DNA of 32,000 bases. It comes from Candidatus Heimdallarchaeota archaeon. GTDB lineage: Archaea > Asgardarchaeota > Heimdallarchaeia > Heimdallarchaeales > Kariarchaeaceae. The first letter of the stretch is position 1, and each line of letters starts with the position of its first letter. Location: positions 570,001-602,000 of the forward strand of contig JASBSB010000006.1 in NCBI GenBank assembly GCA_030149205.1, written 5' to 3'. Below, one piece after another: positions 8,377-15,880 of the stretch. The translations under genes were made by a program, and so were the position numbers. The notes beneath the pieces are model-generated. The model was not told the DNA's origin and ran no database searches. It was given only the letters and a program-made list of their open reading frames with translations.

Positions 8377-9171
8377 TCAAAGAAGAATGAAATATAGAAA
8401 AATCAAATACGGGATTCCAACTGTTATAAAAGACTCAAAAATTGATAACTTGGCTGCCTTACTATTCCCATAAACTGCAAATGATGCACCCAGTAACCAC
8501 CCAACACCAATCAGGAGTTTAATGATAATACCAATAGGACTATTTGTCATATTCTGAATACCCTGTGAAAATTGATTATACACCTCTGAGCTAGGAGAAT
8601 AAGAGGGGGAAAATAATCGTAATGGTAGAGTTATAACTAATGCAACAAGCACAGGAACCAATGAGTATCCAAGTATTGATCTGACTTTAATTGGTTCATT
8701 CTGTCCTCCTAAACTTCGATTTAAAGTGTTAAGTAAACGTGCAGCAACCTTCCAAACCACTGTAAAAACAACAGTGAACAAAATTGGCCATAAAAGCAAG
8801 AAAACTATAATTGGTAACAAGGAAATGAAAAATATCAATATATTCGTTAGTACATTTGTTCCATACGCAAAGTTAACTTTAGTATATGATATCCCATCAA
8901 ATTTATAGAGCATTATCAGCATGTGGAGTGTGAAAGCTAGACTAATAAAATAGATAGCAAATCTTCCCCCAACAACATCCGGAACAAGTACAATCTCTTG
9001 CGTTGTAAGCCTTGGTTCTTGAAACATGTTTCTTCCCCTGCGGAAGGCATCTCTCCAGTTGATCTTTATTCCAGATCTTCTGATATGTTCTGCAGTTAAA
9101 TCATAACCACACCATACACAGGTCACATATTCCACTGGAACAAGTTCATTGCATGATGGGCAGGTCTGCAT
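8377..9171 (-). CDS. Zinc-ribbon + Yip1-like multi-TM membrane protein
   Basis: N-terminal CPSC...CVWC ribbon, then about 5 TM segments with a VRSILGYSLVP motif reminiscent of Yip1 domains. Start reset to ATG 9171 (GTG 9186 possible); the track start at 9321 would leave only 15 bp before the divergent aRF1 gene. Confidence 0.6.
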   Translation of the reverse strand: MQTCPSCNELVPVEYVTCVWCGYDLTAEHIRRSGIKINWRDAFRRGRNMFQEPRLTTQEIVLVPDVVGGRFAIYFISLAFTLHMLIMLYKFDGISYTKVNFAYGTNVLTNILIFFISLLPIIVFLLLWPILFTVVFTVVWKVAARLLNTLNRSLGGQNEPIKVRSILGYSLVPVLVALVITLPLRLFSPSYSPSSEVYNQFSQGIQNMTNSPIGIIIKLLIGVGWLLGASFAVYGNSKAAKLSIFESFITVGIPYLIFLYFILL

Positions 9172-9336
9172 CTCAATCTGACTCACAACCCTCAGATAAC
9201 CTTTAAGATTAAATAGCTTCTTCTTTGTAGAACATGATTCATAAGAAATTTTTTGTTCTTTTGAGCAGTGTTCAATATACTTCACTGTTGCCTTCCGAAA
9301 TTGAATTAAATATGAGAACACTTTCTAAAATATAAG

Positions 9337-10602
9337 ATGACAGAAACAGTAGAGAGTAAAAGGTCATCATTGGAACTTTATCACCTTAAACACACTCTGA
9401 AATTACTGGACAAGAAAGGTGCTGCAACCAACAGCACATCACTTATAACACTGTATATCCCACCCGGAACCCAGATGTCTGAAATAACTTCACTATTAAG
9501 AAATGAGTATGGGACTGCTTCAAACATAAAAGACAAAAAAACAGGGAAGGCTGTGATGGATGCAATTTCCAGCATCCTTGCAAGGTTACCCAATTATAAA
9601 ATTGGTGAAAACGGATTAGTCATATTTGCAGGAATAACTGATGATAAGAACAAAGTTGAGTTTTTTGCGATTGACCCCCCTGAAAAAGTGAGTATCAAGA
9701 CCTATAGATGCGAGACCAGGTTCGACACAGATCACCTTAAAGCAATGTTAAGCGACAAAGATCAATACGGGATAATCGCTATAGACAGAGGTGGTGCAAC
9801 ATTTGCCGTAATCAGAGGGAGTGACTTACGTATCATCCATGAGCAGGATAGTTTCGTCCCAAGCAAACATGGACGCGGAGGTCAATCACAGGGGAGAATT
9901 GAAAGAGGAATTGAGATCCTTGCTGAGGAATTCTTTAGTAAAATGGCCGAACTAGCAAATAAAATTTACGTCGATGAAAACCCAGTCAAATTCTTAATTG
10001 TCGGAGGACCCGCAATGAGCAAAGACCAGTTTCTAGAAAACAAGAATTTGGATTACAGGTTAAAGGAGAAAATATTCAAGGTGTACGATGTAGGTTACAC
10101 TGGTCAACAGGGAATCCGAGAGATATTAGAAAAAGCAAAGGATGACCTTGAAGAAATTGGTCTTGTAAAAGAAAGAAATCTGGTTGAAAAGTTCAAAAAA
10201 GAACTTTCCATTGGCTCAAACAAAATCACCTATGGTGAAGAGGCAGTAAGAAATGCTCTGAAAATGGGTGCTGTTGATATTATCCTCTTTAGTGAGGGAA
10301 TCGATAAGGTATATATTCATCTCAATTGTAAAAACTGTGAATTCAAACACTTAGTCAGTAAGGCATCAGATGATATGCTACCCGTAGAACTAAATTCCGA
10401 GAATTTTGAATGCCCAAATTGCCACGAAAAAAATACAACTTTTGTGGAGGATGAAGAAGAACTGATTGATGAGATCGAGAGACTAGCCAGAGATAGTGGA
10501 GCAAAGATTGAAGTAATATCAACGAAACATGAATCTGGAGCTGAACTCCTTAGATCCTTTACCGGTATTGCAGCCCTCTTAAGATACCCTGTGAATTTTT
10601 AA
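9337..10602 (+). CDS. prf1: Peptide chain release factor aRF1/eRF1
   Basis: TASNIKD (NIKS-like), YRCETRF (YxCxxxF), HGRGGQS (GGQ), C-terminal GIAALLRY; CKNC/CPNC zinc mini-domain in domain C. Confidence 0.96.
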   Translation: MTETVESKRSSLELYHLKHTLKLLDKKGAATNSTSLITLYIPPGTQMSEITSLLRNEYGTASNIKDKKTGKAVMDAISSILARLPNYKIGENGLVIFAGITDDKNKVEFFAIDPPEKVSIKTYRCETRFDTDHLKAMLSDKDQYGIIAIDRGGATFAVIRGSDLRIIHEQDSFVPSKHGRGGQSQGRIERGIEILAEEFFSKMAELANKIYVDENPVKFLIVGGPAMSKDQFLENKNLDYRLKEKIFKVYDVGYTGQQGIREILEKAKDDLEEIGLVKERNLVEKFKKELSIGSNKITYGEEAVRNALKMGAVDIILFSEGIDKVYIHLNCKNCEFKHLVSKASDDMLPVELNSENFECPNCHEKNTTFVEDEEELIDEIERLARDSGAKIEVISTKHESGAELLRSFTGIAALLRYPVNF

Positions 10603-10732
10603 GTCTACAACTAAATTCGATCCCCAGAGTGAGAAAAATTTTGATACTATTTTGCCTTGATTCGACTTTTTCAGAAAAATTTTCTGTAACATTCCTTAAG
10701 CTTTAATTGTTACCAGATTCATCCAAGAGTAT

Positions 10733-10924
10733 ATGAAAGAAAGTATCCAAGAAAAAAAGAGCTTCATGAGGGTAAAATGTCCAGAGTGTGAGCAAGAATC
10801 TGTTATTTTTGTCTACGCAAAAACTGAGGTAAAATGTCTCAATGATTCCTGCAAAGCAATTCTTGCCTCTCCAAGAGGTGGAAAAGCAGAGGTCTTTGGC
10901 GAAGTTCTCGAACTCCTCAAATAA
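10733..10924 (+). CDS. rps27e: 30S ribosomal protein eS27 (S27e)
   Basis: SFMRVKCPECEQESVIF...VKC...C..ILASPRGGKA zinc-finger pattern, 63 aa. Confidence 0.93.
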   Translation: MKESIQEKKSFMRVKCPECEQESVIFVYAKTEVKCLNDSCKAILASPRGGKAEVFGEVLELLK

Positions 10925-10986
10925 ATTTCCTGAATTCCAGAAATCAGACATAATATTATAAAACATCTACTCAATAATCATTTGAG

Positions 10987-11766
10987 ATGACATTAAAAGT
11001 AGCCCTTTCTGGGCCAAAACTTCTAAAAAGCATTCTTGAACCAATCCCTCCAATCAATGAGGGTGTGATCCTTGAGTTCGCAGAAGACGGATTACAACTA
11101 CACACGGGGATGGAAGGACTAATATGGGCAATTGAAGCAAAACTCAAAAAATCTGAATTTGAAACCTATGAAGTCTCGGATGATAACAGAGTCTTCAATG
11201 TCAGTTTAAAAGAGCTCACAGACTTTATCAAAACTGCAAGCCCTTCTGAAACCTTAACAATTGGATATGATGAGCAAGAGGGAACTCTCAAATTTATTTT
11301 GTCTAGAGACCAGCTCCAAAAGGAAATTGACCTTAGAATTCTTGGAATTAGTGAAGATTACAGATTCAGGAATCTAATAAACTTCCAATCAAAGCTAAAT
11401 CTCAGTCTATTACTTTCTGTTAATCTCCTAAATGAGGCGATGAAAATCTCCACTCTTGGAGGAACACATGTCGAAATGGTTATGGACAAAAATTCGCTTA
11501 ATTTTGTGTCCAAAGGAACCACAAAGAAGGCAAATATGCTGATCGAGTTTGATAATGAAGAAGTCTCAAATGTGACATATAAGTCCGAAAAGGAGAAGTC
11601 TGTTGCTATTTTTGCTCTTGATTACCTCAAAAACCTCTCCAAATTCTCAAAAATACAGGATAATGTATTGCTATGCTTTGATGACTCAAAACCACTCCTT
11701 GGAATATTTCAATTCCCCGAAGAAGCAGGATATGTGGCAATAGCTATTGCTCCAAGATCAAATTAA
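10987..11766 (+). CDS. pcn: PCNA-family DNA sliding clamp (divergent)
   Basis: 259 aa; LLKSILEPI..INE.VILEFAEDGL, FETY, F.VSLKELTDFIK, FALDYLKNLSK, KPL and the C-terminal IAPR match the PCNA pattern; lies between eS27 and Gins15. Confidence 0.8.
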   Translation: MTLKVALSGPKLLKSILEPIPPINEGVILEFAEDGLQLHTGMEGLIWAIEAKLKKSEFETYEVSDDNRVFNVSLKELTDFIKTASPSETLTIGYDEQEGTLKFILSRDQLQKEIDLRILGISEDYRFRNLINFQSKLNLSLLLSVNLLNEAMKISTLGGTHVEMVMDKNSLNFVSKGTTKKANMLIEFDNEEVSNVTYKSEKEKSVAIFALDYLKNLSKFSKIQDNVLLCFDDSKPLLGIFQFPEEAGYVAIAIAPRSN

Positions 11767-11776
11767 GTGAAAGAGA

Positions 11777-12331
11777 ATGCTTTACGACAAGCTTTTGAAC
11801 GTCTGGAGAAGAGAAAGGCTAGATAATAAAATCCTACAGATTGAGGAAGACTTCTTCCAAAAATATCAAACCTACCTAAATCATCTTGAAACAATTTCAA
11901 AAGACTCTGTCGAGAGTGAACTGACACAGAAGGTATTCTATAAAAGATTTCTTCGGGTAAACTACCTCATAAACGATCTCATTCGTATGAGACTGGAGAA
12001 GTTCTATCTTGCAATTTTGAAGAACCAACCATTACCAGAAAATATTTCGATGGAAGAGACAACATTCTCTAAACAACTCCAAAAACTGATCAAGAATCAT
12101 TACGATGAAGCATTAGGTCTAAACAAGGAAAAAGTAGAAGAAGACTTCATGTCTGTGGATGACACCTATGAATTCTGCTTATTAACAAAAGATGAAAATG
12201 ATAAAATTATAGGAGGAGACCTACAGGTATACGGACCCTTTAAGAAAGGGGATATTGCCCTCTTACCCACTGAAAATGTGAGGAACTTTGTCATCCGAAA
12301 TATAGGAAGAAAACTAACCATATTAGATTAA
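11777..12331 (+). CDS. gins15: Archaeal GINS subunit Gins15 (Gins51, Psf1/Sld5-like)
   Basis: Helical A domain (WRRER...EDFFQK...LIRMRLEK) plus C-terminal B domain (IIGGDLQVYGPFKKGDIALLPTENVRNFV); next to PCNA. Confidence 0.85.
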   Translation: MLYDKLLNVWRRERLDNKILQIEEDFFQKYQTYLNHLETISKDSVESELTQKVFYKRFLRVNYLINDLIRMRLEKFYLAILKNQPLPENISMEETTFSKQLQKLIKNHYDEALGLNKEKVEEDFMSVDDTYEFCLLTKDENDKIIGGDLQVYGPFKKGDIALLPTENVRNFVIRNIGRKLTILD

Positions 12332-12490
12332 GAGAACAAGATGAGAGTTTAGAGAATTTTATTATGGAACATTTGGTTTAAACGATAAAAATAGAAGCAA
12401 TTTGAATGCAATGTGAAGCTCTAAGCAACTTAAAGCTAATTTAAAGCTAAGGTTTTCCCTTTGCCTTTAGTAGATCCCAAAATGTAAATT

Positions 12491-13108
12491 TCAGTCTAAT
12501 GATTCAGGATAGTAAAATTTGATCATCTTAATGGTTTTTAGGTCTGTTGGTGACCCTCGCTTTTGTAAGCCCTTGATAACCTTTTCAATAATTCCCCTCG
12601 GTTCATTCTGACCAAACTTTATCTTTAATGTTATCTCCACAGGCTCTACCTTATAGACACCAACACCTTCCAAGGGCCTTAAATATATTTTATCAGTTGA
12701 AGTAATTTTCTGATACCTCCCCTCTTTCTGATATTTCTCCATAAGACCCTGAAGAGCTTCAGCCTTCTCCTCCAAATCATCTACTGGTAAGGCTTTCCCA
12801 CGAATATGTAATGATTTGAAGTAGTGACTGGCAGGACAGGCATACCTTTTGGTCGTGAAGTGTGATGGAATAAAGCTATAAGGAATATCAACAGAGAAGG
12901 TTGCAATTGGGGCAGCTTTCATCAACTCGTATTTTTCTCCTTCTAAGGCCCCATGAAAATAAATTGTTTCGCCAATTGCACAAAAATTAAGGGGTATAAT
13001 TCGAGGATACCCCATCTTGTCTACCAGTCCGAGATGACCCACCTCAGCCTGACTCACTAACTCCTCAAACTCTAATGGATCTGTTGAAGAAAGCTCAGAT
13101 CTCCTCAT
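12491..13108 (-). CDS. Pyridoxamine 5'-phosphate oxidase-like FMN-binding protein (NimA-like split barrel)
   Basis: VGHLGL...YPRIIPLNF....IYFHGALEGEK, YFKSLHIRGKA, EEKAEALQGLMEKY, K.KFGQN. Confidence 0.85.
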   Translation of the reverse strand: MRRSELSSTDPLEFEELVSQAEVGHLGLVDKMGYPRIIPLNFCAIGETIYFHGALEGEKYELMKAAPIATFSVDIPYSFIPSHFTTKRYACPASHYFKSLHIRGKALPVDDLEEKAEALQGLMEKYQKEGRYQKITSTDKIYLRPLEGVGVYKVEPVEITLKIKFGQNEPRGIIEKVIKGLQKRGSPTDLKTIKMIKFYYPESLD

Positions 13109-13190
13109 TAATTACCATCAATTTTTTGGTTCATAATTGTTTGTTCTGCTGTACAAAGAACTAGGAGAATATGTGTTCTATCTTATCAAA

Positions 13191-13206
13191 GTAACAGCAA
13201 TGTTAC
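13191..13206. promoter_or_regulatory. Candidate palindromic operator GTAACA-GCAA-TGTTAC
   Basis: Perfect 6-bp inverted repeat about 85 bp upstream of the FMN-binding protein gene. Confidence 0.3.
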
Positions 13207-13327
13207 AATTCCAATATTAACCAACTTCAAACTAAACTTAGAAATTCCAATTAGCTCTTAATCTGAAACTTGGGTTCCAATGAGTTCTGCAAGATAAAAT
13301 TTCCCAGACAAAATGTCCAGACAAAAT

Positions 13328-13783
13328 TTATACCTCTGCATGTAATTTTAAAACCTCAGAGAAAACCCTCGATAGTCGCTTCAAGTCCTTCTCATAGATT
13401 GAAATTACATTAAGACCCAATTGATCATAGTATTGCCGCTTTTGAAGCTCACGTCTTCTATATCTGTCACCCACCTCGTTTTGAAGTGAATGCAACCCCC
13501 AGTACTCAACATAAGTTTTAGATTTTATCAGAAAAAAATCACATAGAAAAGAGCTGTTAGGCAAAGGTAATTCATAAAAGTATGAAATGTTGTGCTTTTC
13601 CAAGAAGTCTGCTATCCGCTTTTCACCTCTGCTCCTAAAACTTATCTGAAACTTATCAGAACCACTGATTTTACCATAGCCAACATTTGGAAGAGAAAGT
13701 GATATAGTGGAAGGTGAATAAAAAATAGCAGACATTATCAACAAAATCCCGACTAATATTAACAGAAGGAAAATATTCAACAC
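13328..13783 (-). CDS. Membrane-anchored PD-(D/E)XK/Vsr-like nuclease-fold protein
   Basis: N-terminal hydrophobic helix (IFLLLILVGILLIMSAIF), then SRGEKRIADFL..HNISY.YE, CDF, YVEYWG, K..YY...LNVISIY, as in very-short-patch or restriction-endonuclease-like domains. GTG start. Confidence 0.6.
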   Translation of the reverse strand: MLNIFLLLILVGILLIMSAIFYSPSTISLSLPNVGYGKISGSDKFQISFRSRGEKRIADFLEKHNISYFYELPLPNSSFLCDFFLIKSKTYVEYWGLHSLQNEVGDRYRRRELQKRQYYDQLGLNVISIYEKDLKRLSRVFSEVLKLHAEV

Positions 13784-13828
13784 TAAATTTTAATAAGTTC
13801 TTTATTTAAACAAGGATCATAAATTTGT

Positions 13829-13842
13829 TCTGTATGTACAGA
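13829..13842. promoter_or_regulatory. Candidate palindromic operator TCTGTA-TG-TACAGA between divergent genes
   Basis: Perfect 6-bp inverted repeat in the 100-bp intergenic region between the nuclease-like and RPA14-like genes. Confidence 0.3.
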
Positions 13843-13883
13843 TAATTGTGTACTAACTTAAATATGGATTTTAGTAGACTATA

Positions 13884-14222
13884 TTGATGAGTGTTAATCT
13901 GGATCCAGCAGTCGACCTGTTCATCTCAGAGATACCAACAGAAAATCCACCACGATTCATTAGATTGTTTGGATTAATTGTCACTGTAGGCTCAACGAGT
14001 TTTGTTCTAAATGACGGAGAAAAACAACTGGAAATTGATTTTGGAAGGGTATCTTCAGCAGAATTCTCCCCAAACCTCCCCATCAGATTATTTGTGGAAA
14101 TTGTCGAAAAAGGGGAAGGATTCAGATACCAATGTTTTGCAGCTCATAAATTATCTGTGGACGAACTCGATAGATACAAAAAACTGGTTCTCTTGGAGAG
14201 AAGGCTTGTCAAAAAGGAGTGA
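13884..14222 (+). CDS. Small OB-fold protein, replication protein A 14-kDa subunit-like (archaeal RPA14/Rpa3)
   Basis: PAVDLFISEI, IRLFG.IV.V, FVLNDG and the C-terminal helix ELDRYKKLVLLERRL parallel the Thermococcales RPA14 pattern (PAVERKISEI, LIGRV, WLDDG, ELERKL) as recalled. Confidence 0.65.
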   Translation: MMSVNLDPAVDLFISEIPTENPPRFIRLFGLIVTVGSTSFVLNDGEKQLEIDFGRVSSAEFSPNLPIRLFVEIVEKGEGFRYQCFAAHKLSVDELDRYKKLVLLERRLVKKE

Positions 14223-14249
14223 AACCACATTCTGAATCTTAAAAAGTGA

Positions 14250-14807
14250 TTAAAGCTTCAGAATTTTCATCATCGTGAATACTTCATCAACCTGCCAGAC
14301 CTCTATCTGTGTTCCAACCTTCAGCTTCAAAATAGGAACCTTTTGCTGTGGTGTCCATTGTGTCAGGATCACCTCTCGTTTCTCCTCACCAAACTTAACC
14401 TCCGCAGTGTAAGGATACGAAAATTCAGAATCTGGTTCTTGTCGGGTCTCTTTGGGTTTCATGTCAAAATGAAATTCCTCTTTGTCTGTCAGTCCCTGAT
14501 TTTTGGGTCGATAAGAGGTAAAAGACTCAATGACCCCCGTATGAACAACGGGTGTGTATACATCAACTAACTCATTCAACGCAAAGTCATTTGCAAGAAA
14601 CCGTGTAAAGTAATGATCATAACCCCCTTGAAATCTCCATATCTCAAATAATGCAGCTGGTATAGAGGGCTCACGCTCCACTGAAAATATCATGTAGAGT
14701 CCACTGGGAACCTGATTTGACCCATACCAGATTATCTCTCCCTTGTCCACACTGTTCAATATCTTTTTGGATCCACCTAAGTCTAAAACTGAAGAAGGTA
14801 AATGCAT
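14250..14807 (-). CDS. Hypothetical cytoplasmic protein
   Basis: Open frame with normal composition. ATG at 14807 (MHLPSS) preferred over the track start at 14855. No family recognised. Confidence 0.7.
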   Translation of the reverse strand: MHLPSSVLDLGGSKKILNSVDKGEIIWYGSNQVPSGLYMIFSVEREPSIPAALFEIWRFQGGYDHYFTRFLANDFALNELVDVYTPVVHTGVIESFTSYRPKNQGLTDKEEFHFDMKPKETRQEPDSEFSYPYTAEVKFGEEKREVILTQWTPQQKVPILKLKVGTQIEVWQVDEVFTMMKILKL

Positions 14808-14946
14808 CAAGTAATTGTAAACATGGATATATTTGATGATTAGCTTTCGTGCCAAGTTATTGTCACAAGGATATGAATGTTATTTTTTGTTATAATTAAA
14901 TCATTGATGAAGATTCTTTGTATAATGGTTCAGGTAGTCCTGAATT

Positions 14947-15501
14947 TTAATAGACAGCACCAGGAAATATTTTTTCTCCAGCTCTAATGGGAACCTTTAA
15001 CCAGTTTTCCCTAGGGGGTATCGGACAGGAATAGTTGGAGTTGTATGCACAATACGGATTATAAGCCATATTTAGATCAAGTAAAAACTTACCGTTCTTT
15101 AAAGGTTCAACCTCAACATACCTACCAGCCCCATAAGTCTCTTTCCCTGATGTAGCATCCTTAAAGGGAATGAAATAATATTCATCATCCTCACTTGATT
15201 TATACACATACAACTGGACTTTGTCACCCTCTACATCAAACTCAAAATATCCAAATTTAATATAATCCCTCCACATACCATCAGAAGTTTGCATTGTAAC
15301 TACCTCCTTGTCTGAAATATCATGAAGTTCGAGTTCAAGCCTTAGCTCAGGATTTGGAGGGAAATATTCCAGGTGCTTAAATTTTTTCACCTGGGTGGGA
15401 GTCAAGGGGGTGTTATGTGGATCAGTTTTGAAAAATTTGTCCTTACGACTGCGAAAATCTATAATCTGGGATTCATATGAAGACATAGTTGGAAATAGCA
15501 T
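14947..15501 (-). CDS. DUF1684 family protein
   Basis: FR..KD.FF......PL, L.YFPPN, FIPFKDATSGKETYGAGRY, LDLNMAYNPYCAYN..YSCPIPP.EN.L.V.I.AGEK. Alternative ATG at 15486. Confidence 0.92.
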   Translation of the reverse strand: MLFPTMSSYESQIIDFRSRKDKFFKTDPHNTPLTPTQVKKFKHLEYFPPNPELRLELELHDISDKEVVTMQTSDGMWRDYIKFGYFEFDVEGDKVQLYVYKSSEDDEYYFIPFKDATSGKETYGAGRYVEVEPLKNGKFLLDLNMAYNPYCAYNSNYSCPIPPRENWLKVPIRAGEKIFPGAVY

Positions 15502-15559
15502 CGGAAATATAAAATGACGTGGTTAGTTAAATGAAACTTTACTGCTCTTCAATTTGAAA

Positions 15560-15880
15560 CCGTGTTTATATTCCTTCAATTATCCATACATGTTCCCTAA
15601 AGGTTATATTTTGAAATTTTGACAGAAAATCAGAAACCTGAAAACTACATTTGAGATCTTTGTGTTGGTAAAATGTATGCAAAAAGTTTCAGGATTCAAG
15701 CATTGGTAGCAAAAGACTACCACCGCAAAATTAGCCGAGCATGGAGTTTGTGGTTAAAAGGGGTTTTCGTACAACTGGTGCGAATCTCTGACCTTTTAAA
15801 CTACCCCTGCTATCGGAGGTTCGGGGAATCAGTCGCGCTGAAACCCTCACAGGGGTCGATCTCAAGGCGAGACGATAACC
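15560..15880 (+). promoter_or_regulatory. CRISPR leader (left boundary approximate)
   Basis: Non-coding region upstream of the first perfect repeat; AT-rich distal part and GC-richer proximal part with an imperfect inverted repeat. The degenerate terminal repeat lies at the opposite end of the array. Confidence 0.7.

Noticed and set aside
9172-9321. N-terminal extension of the Yip1-like ORF in the track
   Set aside because: It would leave only 15 bp before the divergent aRF1 start, and the zinc ribbon begins at the ATG at 9171.
9337-10602. Stop-codon reassignment suggested by the NIKD motif
   Set aside because: TAA, TAG and TGA all end confidently called genes in this window, and no in-frame stops interrupt conserved genes.
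10603-10732. TTCGATCCCC resembling a tRNA T-loop
   Set aside because: No cloverleaf, acceptor stem or D-arm can be built; the region is AT-rich intergenic DNA.
13829-13842. Resemblance of the palindrome to a LexA box
   Set aside because: Spacing is CTGT-N4-ACAG rather than the N8 of the E. coli box, and archaea lack canonical LexA; kept only as a generic candidate operator.
14929-14944. Hairpin TTCAGG-TAGT-CCTGAA just after the DUF1684 stop
   Set aside because: No following T tract on the coding strand and only a 6-bp stem; not enough to call a terminator.
13328-15501. Possibility that genes next to the array are cas genes (e.g. the nuclease-like ORF as Cas4)
   Set aside because: No four-Cys Fe-S pattern or RecB-like Cas4 motifs, no RAMP Gly-rich loops, and no Cas1/Cas2 signatures; DUF1684 is not a cas family.
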